A stretch of 63,941 nucleotides of DNA, counting the filler, from Phoronis australis (taxonomy: Eukaryota; Animalia; Phoronida), in NCBI GenBank assembly GCA_002633005.1. It is 6 parts of 6 records of this genome, joined end to end, with 100 filler letters (N's around TTAATTAATTAA, not from the genome) between each part and the next. Parts side by side here need not be neighbours in the genome. Positions count along the whole stretch, not along the records: positions 29,306 to 53,788 come from NMRA01000213.1; positions 53,889 to 57,136 come from NMRA01003123.1; positions 57,237 to 59,631 come from NMRA01003693.1; positions 59,732 to 63,941 come from NMRA01002663.1; 2 more parts are not named here. One strand, given 5' to 3'. The notes beneath the pieces are model-generated. The model made no database searches. It was not told where the DNA came from and saw nothing but the letters and a program-made list of their open reading frames with translations. Positions 51,449 to 63,941 of the stretch are shown piece after piece; the first letter of the stretch is position 1, and every line of letters begins with the position of its first letter. Both the position numbers and the translations under genes were made by a program.

Positions 51449-53436
51449 GACGATGTCGAAAGGTTTTGTGTTGCGGCATTCATTTCACCCTGTGTTTTGG
51501 CATAGGCCCAGGTGTCCCGCTATATATCCGGATGTCCCACTTTTCAGTCTAGTTGTCCCGTTTTTCAATCTCTCATGATGACAACAAGGCAAAAGGTGAA
51601 CGAAATAACATTCTCTCTTTATTATGAATATCGTTATTTTCCAGAGTCCACTGTCTTTAGTAACATGGCAATAGTAAAATTCTGTTCAAATGTTTCTTGG
51701 TCACGGAGGTAACACATTCAACATGTATCAGTATAACTATTGTTTACATTCCTACAGTGCAACCAATGCAATACAGTTATTCACAATACATTTCGAACCA
51801 ACACCGGATTTAAATGCTCGTAGTCAAAGTCAATGGAAATACATGCTAACCCGAATTCTTCGGAGAACAATACATGCACAAGTCGGCCCTGAAGACCTCA
51901 GTTTTTACAATGTTTACACTAAATATTGTTGACAACATTGAAAGGTCAGTCTTAAGTTCTGGACGCAAAGTTAATGAGCCTAAGTGCACGCTCAATCATG
52001 TAAGAGCACACAAAAGTACTCGCACGCACATACACACCAAAGTCATGTCTTTCTTTGATAACGGATTAGGTAACCATCTCCGTCGAAAACTGCTATTGAA
52101 CCCACCCACCCCGGAACAATTTCAGTAGAATACTCAGGCCGCCCATGTGACAGGTTCCTTTCTAGATGGTCATATTGGCAAATGCAGCTATATTATACAA
52201 GTTGTTCAAAAATTTTCACATCAAAAATATAAAACATGTCGCAATGAAATTGTCACCAAATATTAATATAACATTACATTATCAATGCTCTATAATAATA
52301 TACTTGGGAAAAATAGCCCGTCAAAGTGTGGGACACCATATACATATATATAGATATAGATATATAGTCTGCACAATTAAAGTAAATAACCTGAATTGCA
52401 GTTTCTTCATTTACAACAACATTTTTTCATGAAGAAGCATTAATGGCAATCTGTTGTTGGTCAAAAATTACTGGTATTTCATGGATCATGCAATGCGCTT
52501 TTGAATGACACACGAGGTAGTCAAGTATTTTGTGGCTTACAGGAGAAAAGCTGCGACCAAGCTAGTAGTGAACGAGAAGCACCAGTAATGCCAGATGGTG
52601 GAGAAAACTGCGGTAAACTGTTGATTCATAAAGCGGCAATAAACCTGCTTTCCATCAAAGAAACTAACTATTGAATTAGACCAGTATTGCCATAAAATTG
52701 ATCTCAACTTGTTCCTATTAAGATGAGAAGTGTTTTCTGAGCAGGAAAGAACTGATACCGATGGTTTGTTATTGCACTAGCCTATGCTTGGCGCATAAAA
52801 TGTGTACTATGAAATGAAAAAACAATCGTGTGAGTCGTCACTTGAATTGATAACCCACACGAATCATTTCACAGCAACATGTGAAAAGTTCGACAAAGAA
52901 AGCTTTGGATAGCAATACAAAACATACAGCACTATTCATCGGGATTCCTGGCTTCTTGAAGTTTTCACTGCTTAATGTTATTACCAAACAGTAGTAAGTA
53001 GGGATGCTGGAACTACCATAACTTTGACCATAAGGACAAGTTATATGAATAATTATAGATTGGCCACTATGACATTTAATTAAAACCAAAATGGAACTGA
53101 TTTGTTCGTTCAAACTTTGTCCAAAGAATAGTGAATTACCAGCATTCCATGAGCAGTGAATAATTACACACATAGCCGTATTCTGGACATCTTAGATGTT
53201 CATTTTACACAATGCACAGTAACCTAAATCTATTACAATTAATTGGAATAGACCATTTGTGGGTAGAAATGCAATGGGTTTTGGCGCAAGGGCAAGAACA
53301 TGCATACGATGCATGCGGGTCTATTCATGATCACCAACCTTGGGTTAAAGACGGAAATCCTCGACCAAACACAATGGAAAATTCCTATTTGCCAATCAAC
53401 TTTAATTGTATTTCTTTTGAAAGTTTTCTTTTTCAG

Positions 53437-53788
53437 AAAGTTCTGGTTCCGAATATACAGTGAGCAGTGATTCTGAATCAACTGAAAGCGATGACAATGA
53501 GACAGAAGACCACGCCTCAAAAGAAGAAAGAGTCGAAGACAGCTACAGCGAGGGCATCGAGACCAGCAACATCATCCCAGTGCTCAATTCACCACGAGTA
53601 ATTGTTGTGGAGTCAACTAGCACGAAGGGCAAGAAAAGACATGCTTGTCTTTTTTGCGAAAAGCTGTATCCCAACATTGCAAGACACATATCAATAATGC
53701 ATAAAGATGATGCGCAAGTGGTGAAAATATTTGCACTGCCAAAGCTGTCAAAAGAAAGGAAGCGCCTTTGGGATGTGGTAGTGAAAAA
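53437..53788 (+). CDS. Gap-truncated exon: acidic tract + C2H2-like finger, resembling animal SET-domain/tyrosine-recombinase-associated proteins
   Basis: Acceptor ttttcag at 53436; open frame up to the gap: SSDSESTESDDNETED...KKRHACLFCEKLYPNIARHISIMHKDDAQVVKIFALPKLSKERK. Family resemblance is from memory of the motif, not from a search. Confidence 0.55.
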
Positions 53789-53888
53789 NNNNNNNNNNNN
53801 NNNNNNNNNNNNNNNNNNNNNNNNNNNNNNNNTTAATTAATTAANNNNNNNNNNNNNNNNNNNNNNNNNNNNNNNNNNNNNNNNNNNN

Positions 53889-54103
53889 AGATTCCCTAGC
53901 AACATGTCTATTAGGTGGAGATGCCCTAGCAACACGCCTTAAGGTGGGGATTCCCTAGCAACACTCCCGTAAGGAGGAGATTCCCCAGCAACACCCCTAT
54001 ACGGTGGCGATTTCCTAGCAACACGCCTATAATGTGGAGACTCCCTAGCAACAGGCTTATAAGGTAGAGATTCCCTAGCAACACGTCTATAAAGTGGAGA
54101 TTC
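53889..54103. repeat. Minisatellite, 30-bp unit GATTCCCTAGCAACACGCCTATAAGGTGGA, ~7 copies, truncated by gap
   Basis: Tandem copies read directly. Confidence 0.9.
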
Positions 54104-55581
54104 GCACACATGATTTAATTGGATGAAGCCGGGTATCGGATATTTTGTCATTGCAGGTGAAATATTCTGGTTAATATGAGAAACGCACTAAAATCTGTCG
54201 GCGAGATTATGACCTACATGAATAATACTTTGAGTCAGAATAAAACCATAATTGGCGAGACTACGTGTGGACGCTTTTATCGCTTTAGGTGAATTCAAGG
54301 TTAAATTGCATATATCGTACAGTAATTACGTCAGTTTTCGTCTCTCCAAAATTAGGCCAAAGTACCTTTAATCACAACATAGGCTCATGTTAGCAGCTGT
54401 TCGAGATTTTACTTAGAGTGAAGAGTCTGAAAAGGGACAAGTACAGGGGATATTTATTTATTTATTTATTGTTATATTTACAATGAGGGTAACACAATTG
54501 CTTTCCATGTGGGCCGTCAATAAAAACATTACAAGGCACTAAGACACACAGACTTATAAAAAGGAAAGACAAGACTTAAATGATCAATGATGAATATGAA
54601 ACAGCTTCTTTTTTGTTGTGGGTTCAGACGACATCATGGAACACCCCGTGCATCTGCGCCTACAGGTTTAGTTTTGTAGGCATAATTACAATTTTCCTCA
54701 TTCCTAGAGTTTCCTTAAGTTGACAATTTTATCAGCGAGTGTCAGTCAACAATCAGGCTTTTTTATGAAGGATATCTGCATATTTTCACCGTTCAGGTTT
54801 AACAATGGAATTCGTGTTTTGTTTGACAACGGCCATTCACGACAAAGTTTATTAATTGTATAACGACTATCAGCTGTTTTTTCCGTGAGTTTGGTGATTA
54901 TGAGAATGCTGTTAAAGTCTGGAATGTAACATCCGGGGCATGTCGAGGTGTGACGTCCTCAGTAATTGTTGGAAAAATACAGAAAAAAATGGTTAAGTGA
55001 AGAAGAACTTTGGCAAACAACTCGTTCCAAATAAGATTTTCTATATTTGAAAATCGCATAGTTACGTGTCTTCTTACTGCTATCATCCAATTTTGTTGTC
55101 ATTTTCTTCACACCAAAAGAAATGTGTTTGCGTGATATTCTGCTTGAAAACTGTGACTGTGATAAACATCGAGCTTCGTTACAAATTGGAAAAGGTATAC
55201 ATGTAACCCGCTTCACTCAGCAAGATGGACGACACATACGTTCACCACCATTATCGTTGGAATGCCGCAATAATCACGAATCTTTCTCACTAATTCTTTC
55301 AGATGAATCTGGTTTAGCGCATATAGGTTCCCCTTTAGGACACGGCAGGCCGTGTTCAGGAGTTACGTGGAAATTTTCTTTCGAAAGTCTTGGTTGTGCT
55401 CCTTACAATATCCTAGATCCGAAATTCTAGTAATTACTTAGGATATTCAAGAAACATGATTGTCTATAAGCAAGTGATGCAATTTCAAAGTTCAAAAAGT
55501 TCAAAATCAATGAACATGTGGATTACAATTTAATTTGTCCGAACTCAATTTTTTCAAGGACTAAATATTGAGAAAGTCTGC

Positions 55582-56310
55582 GGTACCAGATCTATATTGT
55601 AGATATGCGATATGGTACCAGGTCTATATTGTAGATATGCGACATGGTACCAGGTCTATATTGTAGATACGCGATATGATACCTATTGTAGATATCCGAC
55701 ATGGTACCAGGTCTATATTGTAGATATCCGACATGGTACCAGGTCTATATTGTAGATATGTGACATGGTACCAGGTCTATATTGTAGATACGCGATATGA
55801 TACCTATTGTAGATATCCGACATGGTACCAGGTCGATATTGTACATATCCGACATGGTACCAGGTCTATATTGTAGATATGCGACATGGTACCAGGTCTA
55901 TATTGTAGATACGCGATATGGTACCAGGTCTATNCGATATGATACCTATTGTAGATATCCGACATGGTACCAGGTCTATATTGTAGATATCCGACATGGT
56001 ACCAGGTCTATATTGTAGATATGTGACATGGTACCAGGTCTATATTGTAGATACGCGATATGATACCTATTGTAGATATCCGACATGGTACCAGGTCGAT
56101 ATTGTACATATCCGACATGGTACCAGGTCTATATTGTAGATATGCGACATGGTACCAGGTCTATATTGTAGATACGCGATATGGTACCAGGTCTATATTG
56201 TAGATACGCGACATGGTACCAGGTCTATATTGTAGATATGTGACATGGTACCAGGTCTATATTGTCGATATGCGATATGGTACCAGGCCTATATTGTAGA
56301 TATGCGACAT
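55582..56310. repeat. Minisatellite, 32-bp unit ATGGTACCAGGTCTATATTGTAGATATGCGAC, with interspersed 25-bp variants
   Basis: Period 32 (55612 to 55644). The variant ATGATACCTATTGTAGATATCCGAC occurs at 55676, 55797, 55939 and 56060. Confidence 0.95.
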
Positions 56311-58338
56311 AACGCATGCTAGAGAAACTTCTCTAAAAATCTTGAAAATGAACCTTATCTTTGCTGTTGTGCTCATCTGCGTAGTAACGACAAATGAAAT
56401 ACACGAAGAGCAACAGAAAGAACTTATGCCGAGGACGCCAACACCATTATATAAATCAATTGTACTGTTAATTAACAACTAAATGTCGACATCAATGCAA
56501 GCACCCAGTTTGCCAAACCTTATAACACTCGGGAACATTTTCCACACAAATGAACAAAACGATTCTACCAAAATCTGTGAATTTTAGCGGTTTTGGTTTT
56601 TCATGAAATATATTCCCAGCCAAAGATTGAGATTATCGATACATTTGCGCTCAACTATTAGCGATGGAAGAGCAGACGAGAGCTCAAATTAAAGTACGTG
56701 ACTTATATGATGACATTTCTGATTCTCATAAAGTGGAAAAACATAATCATCTGAAAATGAAGCTGGGATATAATGTTTAATGACTTGAGTGTCCGGGATA
56801 GAAATGTACTGAATATAGAACTCAAAATAGTCTTCGACATGTTCTGTTCAACTCAAGTACGAATTCTGTGCTCGAGTATAATGGTGTCCACTACATGTTT
56901 GCAGTTAACTTGAGCTACAAAATCGAGTAAAAACTCTAGATTCTAGTAAAAACTCATTCGTGATTTCGAGTAAAAACTCGTGATTTCAAGCCCTGACTCG
57001 AACCTATAGATTTAATGCTACAGTCGTCAAGCGCGAACTAGGATTAGTCGGACAATTATATACTTCAAGTATAATGTACTCAAGCAAATTTTGATTCAAG
57101 GTTTAGATTAGCAGTCTGCTTGTCGTAAGTATTTAANNNNNNNNNNNNNNNNNNNNNNNNNNNNNNNNNNNNNNNNNNNNTTAATTAATTAANNNNNNNN
57201 NNNNNNNNNNNNNNNNNNNNNNNNNNNNNNNNNNNNATCAAAACATAAAGGTAGTGCCTTTGATTAATCCTAAATCTATACATTGCTTTATGAAGAGTTG
57301 AATGTCAGAAATCCATACAAATAGACAATCCCTAAGAAAGAACAGATGTCTAGACTTACCAAACAATTACATAAGGGGAGACAGATCTATCAAGTGGAAG
57401 GACGGAATCAATACCAAAAAACGACATGACAGCGCCATCTATTGATACAAAGGGGCTTGCACCTACCTCCACCTAATCTGTCAATATTGGACTCTCCCAC
57501 CATCCAATACATATGTTCAAGTTACAAGTATGAATCTCAACGCCTATTCGCCATAGTATGTGACCTGGAAGTTATTTCAGCAAGGCCTCCATAACTTTAA
57601 GCCCTCACAATTCCGTATAACAATAAATACAAGCTAGCACAACTCAAAATACACCACAATATGTCATTCACTGCTTTGCAATTCTTAAGTATTCGACAAG
57701 TCACTGAAAATTCAAAAATGATGAATTAATACAAAATTTGACCACATACTTCACACATCTAACGTTCATAGACGCGCTCAGATCTTGGTTTATTTCAAGG
57801 TAGTTCTCAAAATACAGATTGTCAGACTCTAATCGTGTACACACGCCTGATGAAATGAGAGAGACGAACCATAGTAGAAATGCAGTTGCAGCTGATTTTA
57901 AAGAATAGGTTGGAGTCTCCTCTTGTTCAAGACTGGGCACCTTTCATAGCGAAATTCCTGACTAATAGTCAAATGATACAGTTTTATTCCAAGTTACATT
58001 TACCATACATGTACACTACACCATTAAGGTGTCAACCTTGTTTTGAAAACTGCTGTATCGCCAAGAAAAATGGAAGTCAAAACATTGCTGCAAAAACTTC
58101 AAATACTAGATAAGGTTACGAAGGGTTCACGGATGATTCCATTCAAAAGAGAATTTCTCAATTAATGTTTTTGAAAACTAATGACATTTCTACGCACAAA
58201 ACACATTTCAGTAAAAAAATATCGGAAATGATTACAAGAGAACTACTCTCCAATCCCAGTTAATTCCACCCCTCATTAAATATTAATACCAATAATTTCA
58301 TTACTAAACTAGGATATCTACTCCTAACTGAGCCACTG

Positions 58339-59631
58339 CTACATGATAATCTGTGGCTCTGGAATGGAATCTTTGATTTCTTTGTGAGGGAGAATGCGAC
58401 CTCCGTTGACGTACAGCTCGTCCTTGACGATCACATCCTCACCCAACACCGTCACGTTTTCCATTCTCGCCTAGAGACAAAAACGCCAAATAAATGCATA
58501 GATTGTACAGTACAAGACATAAGTACGAATATTGAAATTACTCAATTCAAAGTTCAAGAAAAATATCACCCAGCTTACCAGTTTTGAAATACGCAAGAAA
58601 AAAACTGCTGGCTGACAAAATGTCAAACTTCCCTTCACGCCACTCCCAGTCTCCAACAGAAGATATACAAGCACGTGCGCTCATATCAACATAAGACGCT
58701 ACGAAAGCTATGTGTTTGCATAAGGCGTAATACTGTATTTTTTATCAGTTTTCGCGTTCCATACCTCTCTAAATTATTTCACATATTTGAATCAAACTTA
58801 AAGCGGCTATACACTTGTGTTCTGTCCAAGAAGCAAACATTGGATTGAAACCCCTTATTTCTATAAAATTGGTCTCTACTTGTTCTTTACTCAGATGAGA
58901 AATGATTTCTGAGTTTAAAAACAACTGGCAGCTTGTTTCTCCTTAAGACCATGCTTGGCACATAAAATGTCTCGCCCTGACAAGCCAACTTGCAGATCAT
59001 GAGATCAAGCAATAACTATCTGACAGATCTTTTGAAGCCCTGAATTTCCCTCTAATTTTAGTATGAAAAATTTGAAACCAATCTCATATGAACACTAACT
59101 GGTCTGAATCAAAAGTTGGTTCTTGAGATGGACGGCAGGGTTATAGTCGCTTTAAAACAAACAGTTACAAGCATTTTTGTAGTCCTTGTTTCAAAATCTT
59201 TATGAAAAACTGACAAGACAAGGGACATTTACCTAAAGCTTGTACTAAATTGGAGTCCTGAAACAAAACTTGACGTCTTAAAACAGCTATGAGGTTGTCA
59301 TGTAGGGAAATCATAATCTAAAACCTGTTGGCCTAGGTAACCCAGTGACCTCCAGGCTGTCTATATTGGCACACTGTTTTTGCAGTTCATTTCGCTGGCC
59401 ATCTAAACCGATACAACATTCTCAGAAGAACAACCTCAAGTGTGTGATGCACTTGTGGCCGTCTTTAATGATCAATTTTTTCGGAAATTTTGTATTTTTT
59501 AATTGAGGTGAGGCGAGATTTGAACAGTAAATCGCGCTGACAGTCACTCACCCAGTGCCCAACCTTGGAGGCCCAGCCTATGATACAGTTATGTAACCAG
59601 CTGTGTGACTTAATGTGAGCTCCCCTCAGCA
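58339..59631 (-). CDS. GMPPB: Mannose-1-phosphate guanyltransferase beta (GDP-mannose pyrophosphorylase B), last two exons; 5' part lost in gap
   Basis: 59631-59552 reads [26 protein letters not shown]|gtgagt. 58470-58339 reads ctag|[43 protein letters not shown]. This is the conserved GMPPB left-handed beta-helix C-terminus; neither exon is in the ORF track. Confidence 0.92.
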
Positions 59632-62600
59632 NNNNNNNNNNNNNNNNNNNNNNNNNNNNNNNNNNNNNNNNNNNNTTAATTAATTAANNNNNNNNNNNNN
59701 NNNNNNNNNNNNNNNNNNNNNNNNNNNNNNNTTGTTAACTCTGATCAACGTTTGTATATCCACCGGGCATATCAATACGCGCGGTAGTTAATCTTCAATC
59801 ATACCGAATGGTTGTAGTTTTTAGATTATTAGTTCATCGATTTTTAAAAATCTAAAACCGTACTTCGGTGTTTTTTTCCAGCTGAATACCGCCATGGTGT
59901 TCGTTTATAACGAAAATTAGTGGTTAATGCATTTTGAAGATTCGCCAGACAGAGATGTCTAATACAGTTTATGGTCGGATAATTACATTTAATTGTGTCT
60001 TTCTCGCATCGGGCAATGCGGTCTGATTCCGGCGTGGTGAACTTATCCACGTAAATCATTATGTACTCGAGCATACGATTCTTGAGTTTGCACAAAAGTA
60101 GAAGATGTCAAAAGTAATGTCGAGTTCGATTTCGAGCACAAAAATTATATCCTGACTGAGTCCATACTCTAATTGATAGAGGCTAGCACGAATGATCAAT
60201 TTAGTCCACAATGGCGTTTTCTCAATAGACAAATGTGTACTTGTTCTTTGCGTGTAATCTACTAGTATCAGTTCAACCTGTTTTGCCAGCCGGCTGAGAA
60301 AGCTAGGAGTCGGTATAACGTCGTAATAATTAGTGCTTTGTCGTAGCATCGGTAATCCATTGAAACAAATTGAGAACTCCGTGATCGTGTGGTGGGCATT
60401 ATTTTGGTCAACTTAGTCAACACGGTCTGAAAAGAACTGGGAGCCTGTTAATTGTTTAGACGTGTCTCTACATAGTCTTCATACCAATTTATTTGTACCC
60501 TAGATGTGTGCAGAAACTTCGCATTGCGAAAACTAACCGTCAGATTATGTAGAACCCTAAAAAAATTCAAATTGAGTAATTTCGGAACATAATATCTATA
60601 TGAAACTTGTTTCTACCTACGTTCAAAGAAAACAAAAATTACGCACATGCGTTTCAGTGACCAAGACGGCACACGCGTAGTGCAGGGTGTTCGCGCCCGA
60701 GACTTACGGTGTTGAATTAATATGCAAAACCCAAAAATTCTTCTTTATTCGACCATAGACTTCACATTGTTTATCGTGGATGCACCGTTTGTATACGCTT
60801 TATGCTCTGTTGTACTAAAGGGTGACAGTAATTGTTTTTGAAATATTCTTTTTTTGCACGAGTCTATCAAAAACAGGACTTAGTTGAATTATGAAAAATC
60901 CATATTGAGAACACCATATTTCAGAAATGGGCCACCGTGTTCATGTGAAACTTGTAGATACTAGTCTTTATGCACTGATCTACAACTAAGCTCCGATAGG
61001 AATTGGTTTTAAAATGGCCCTTGTTACTTGAGTTACAGTACCAAAAATCGAATTTTTGTGATTTTCATAAAAAACAAAGGTTGTATTAAAAGCGAAATGA
61101 TCCATTGAGATAACCAAGCTTGAACATTATCAAATAAAATTTGGTCATGTCTTTGACACCGCTGCTTTGCTAGGATGTTTAAAACCGAACATTTCGTCAC
61201 TAACTGTTCTAGTTGTTGAATGTTATTCACAGAAGCTCCACGTGATCGACTGTCAACGGGAGGCATTATGGACGATATTTGTCTTGATGCTACTCCACTG
61301 TAAACCATGCTGCTTGAATAATTACTAAGCAAGTAAGTACTGTTAGTATGGAACAACAGAATTAACAAGTTTCAAATATTTTATTAGCATGTCTATACAG
61401 AGACTGAAAATAATTTTGTTTTCCATCCAACAGTAACAATCAAAGTCGGAAAACGGATCTCACAAAATTTATTTTCACAATTTTGTTTACTTAACAAAAG
61501 TTTACATCAACAAAGTCAACTTACAACCTAAAGGATGCACCAATTTCCAAACTGGAAACTAAAAACCATGACAATGCAATTAAACAGTACAGGATCACCG
61601 GTAATCAAGTACAATACAAATACAAAATTACATAAATACAATGGTAAAATAAGTCAAAATCAGAAAAGAGCAATAAACCAGCATTTCACCAAAGAAACTA
61701 GTTAAAAGGACACTAAACCCGGTTTTGATGATTTCTACCAATCTTCGTCTTGTCACTTCGTAATACATCATTGCCGCCAACCTTCCAAGTTAAAGGCAGG
61801 AATCAACTAAAAACTCATGCTCCCAATGTCACATATTAGACATTATGCTCCTTGGCGGGTGGTCATTTCCCACAGTTGCCTCAAAACTCTTAAAAGCGTA
61901 AGTCATGCTTGCCCATTTAGCAAACTTTGAAAGGAGTTTTCAAATTTTTCTCCAAACTTTTGAGGGTTGTTGAGGGTTACAGAGAATTACTGTTTCAGAG
62001 AATTGCATGGGTAAGTCGTTTTTAATAGACCAAAACCGGGTTTGGTATCCTTTTAATGAACAAGTATACATAATTCTGCTGAAACACTTAATTTCAACAC
62101 TTCAAGGACTTTGTGCTTTGTTTTATCCCATCATTCTTCACTGTTCATCACCAGTCACAGAGTATGTGTTGAACACAGTGTTGATGAAGTTCCAATAATG
62201 CCACGAGATGGCGCCAATCGTCATAGCAAAGGACATGTAAAGGGGAAAGTAAGGACTAGAGGTGTTGTACTGATGACTAGTCTCAGTGAGAGAGAGACAC
62301 CTGTTGACAATGCTACGAGTTGTCTTGGCACTTGGGTCACTGTCATGTATACGCAGGTTAATCTGTATCGGAAAAGAAATAAGGACTATGAAATAATCAC
62401 CAATGTTTTAATTAAAAATTCATTTTAATGAATGAATAAACCATTGCAATTAATATTTTGACTATTTTGAAAACAGGGTGTTTATGAGCAAACAACACAA
62501 CACCCTTTTCAAAAGGAACACGATAAGATTTTGATGGACACTTGCCACCTGATAGCGGTCATTAATAGGACAATCACTATCACTAACACCGAATTTGAGA

Positions 62601-63125
62601 TTTGATTTATTTCAAATGTACTGAAAAACAACAACTGACCACATAGCCAAACTAGAGAAAAAAGTAAACATTGAATTGAAACCTCAAAAACAGTAGTTTT
62701 AAAAGGTTTATAAATCATTTAAGTTTATTTTTCAAAAACTGAAACATTATTTATCCCTGACTCTGTGAGGCAGGTCAAGTAGTAAATATAACCTGACAAC
62801 ATCCTGGTCACTTCCACAATAAACCTGTGCACAAAGGGTCACTTGTCCCAGTACAATTTTCCCCAGGGCCAACTCTCCCTTGCTCAGCAGAGCATTCACA
62901 CGATGCGAAGTCACCAGAGTAAAGTGTCTAATGTGAACTACTTGTCGCAAATAAGAAATACTTCCTCCTTCACGACACTTGTGTCAAACAAGCACTTCTA
63001 ACGGGACAAGTCACACTCATTTGAAGAGGGGCGTGGTGTCAAGTCACTTAAGTTTCAGTTTTGTTCACATGGTCACTTGCAACTGACTTAAGTGTTCCTG
63101 ATGCAACTTGTACTGGGACACCTGC

Positions 63126-63326
63126 TCATCTGAACACAACTTTACACAATGAGCTTGTTGCACCTGCTCTCACCTGTTGTGTAAAGTGATTCATAATGGC
63201 CTTCATACTGTCCAGGTGTGTGGACTCCATCATCATCCGGACAGCCTCACCTTTACGGATCTTCACTACACCGGTGAACACACATGGATTGTTGTAACAC
63301 CGCTCTAACGTACCTATGGCCATCAC
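63126..63326 (-). CDS. Probable coding exon (likely terminal) of an unidentified gene
   Basis: Strong acceptor cctcatttttacag|GTG and an open frame VMAIGTLERCYNNPCVFTGVVKIRKGEAVRMMMESTHLDSMKAIMNHFTQQVR...*. UTR-like AT-rich sequence follows, with AATAAA on the minus strand near 61380. An alternative donor CAG|gtgaga lies at 63173. Confidence 0.55.
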   Translation of the reverse strand: MMAIGTLERCYNNPCVFTGVVKIRKGEAVRMMMESTHLDSMKAIMNHFTQQVRAGATSSLCKVVFR

Positions 63327-63941
63327 CTGTAAAAATGAGGAAAGTGGGCGTGTCACGCTGGCCAATGGAAGCAGGAGGATGAAGGAGAAATGCTACGGCC
63401 ATAGAACGTAGGATTACGTTTTTGGTGAACAATCATTGAATCGTGCCAGAAAAGTACTGTATGCAAAGCGTGGCAAGTTTAAAAGTATTTTGAATCCTTA
63501 ATTTGACAATATTTATCATCAGTGTTAATTTTTTAAAGCCGCAGTTCACTGCATTTTACTGGTTATAACAGAGGTTGAATTGTGTCTTTTTCTTCCATGT
63601 AGCCCTAGTCTTACAATATTCCTTACTGTAACAAGAGTCTCTTTCTGTTGTTAACTAGTCACAGGCAATGTGTACATGACCATGTTTGAATTCACAACTT
63701 CAAGGCCAACACCAATAAACTCTGAAGCACTTTATCGAGTCATTGATTGTTTTGGTGTTTCCACTCACAACACAAATACAATCCTATCACAATATGGAAT
63801 ATTATGAGACCCATTTATGAGAGTAAAGGCCAAATTCGATTTTCATTTAAAACCAGCTAAATAAGGCAAAATGCAGCTTAACAACATTTGTTCATTAGTG
63901 GAAGACAAATATGAGAAGGTTAAGCAGTACACAAATGACCT

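Noticed and set aside
50410-51578. ORFs with PSVR/RTDG repeats
   Set aside because: Translations of the tandem array and (GGAC)n microsatellite.
55582-56310. 30-32 bp repeat arrays (also 3505, 5884, 53889) as CRISPR arrays
   Set aside because: Units are head-to-tail with no unique spacers, there are no cas genes, and the context is eukaryotic.

Overview
This is intron-rich, AT-rich animal (probably invertebrate) nuclear DNA from a draft scaffold, not prokaryotic sequence. Contigs are joined by five identical 100-bp spacers (44N-TTAATTAATTAA-44N) and one plain N gap, so adjacency across gaps is uncertain. Host genes rebuilt by hand from splice sites: the 5' four coding exons of Edc3 (-, 25099-27597); 12 in-phase exons of a mosaic extracellular protein, [TSP1-PAN-C-type lectin]x2 - F5/8C - TSP1x3 (+, 29351-45405); two paralogous phase-1 exons of an unassigned Cys-containing domain (+, 10051-16132); the last two exons of GMPPB (-, 58339-59631); and an unidentified exon (-, 63126-63326). 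DNA transposons are dense. The main one is an apparently intact ISL2EU-type (PIF/Harbinger-related) element (19701-24272). It has a THAP-HTH-DDE transposase converging on a spliced SAP-SWIM-YqaJ exonuclease gene, and a non-autonomous relative lies nearby (10681-12056; 15-bp TIRs, AT TSD). Also present: a decayed Academ element (6095-9269), a Kolobok-type element (47218-48920), a Helentron-like element with a higher-order internal array, several MITEs and THAP relics, four minisatellites, and a gap-truncated exon resembling animal SET/tyrosine-recombinase-associated proteins (53437-53788). No rRNA, tRNA or CRISPR array is supported. All family assignments come from motif recognition, not database searches.
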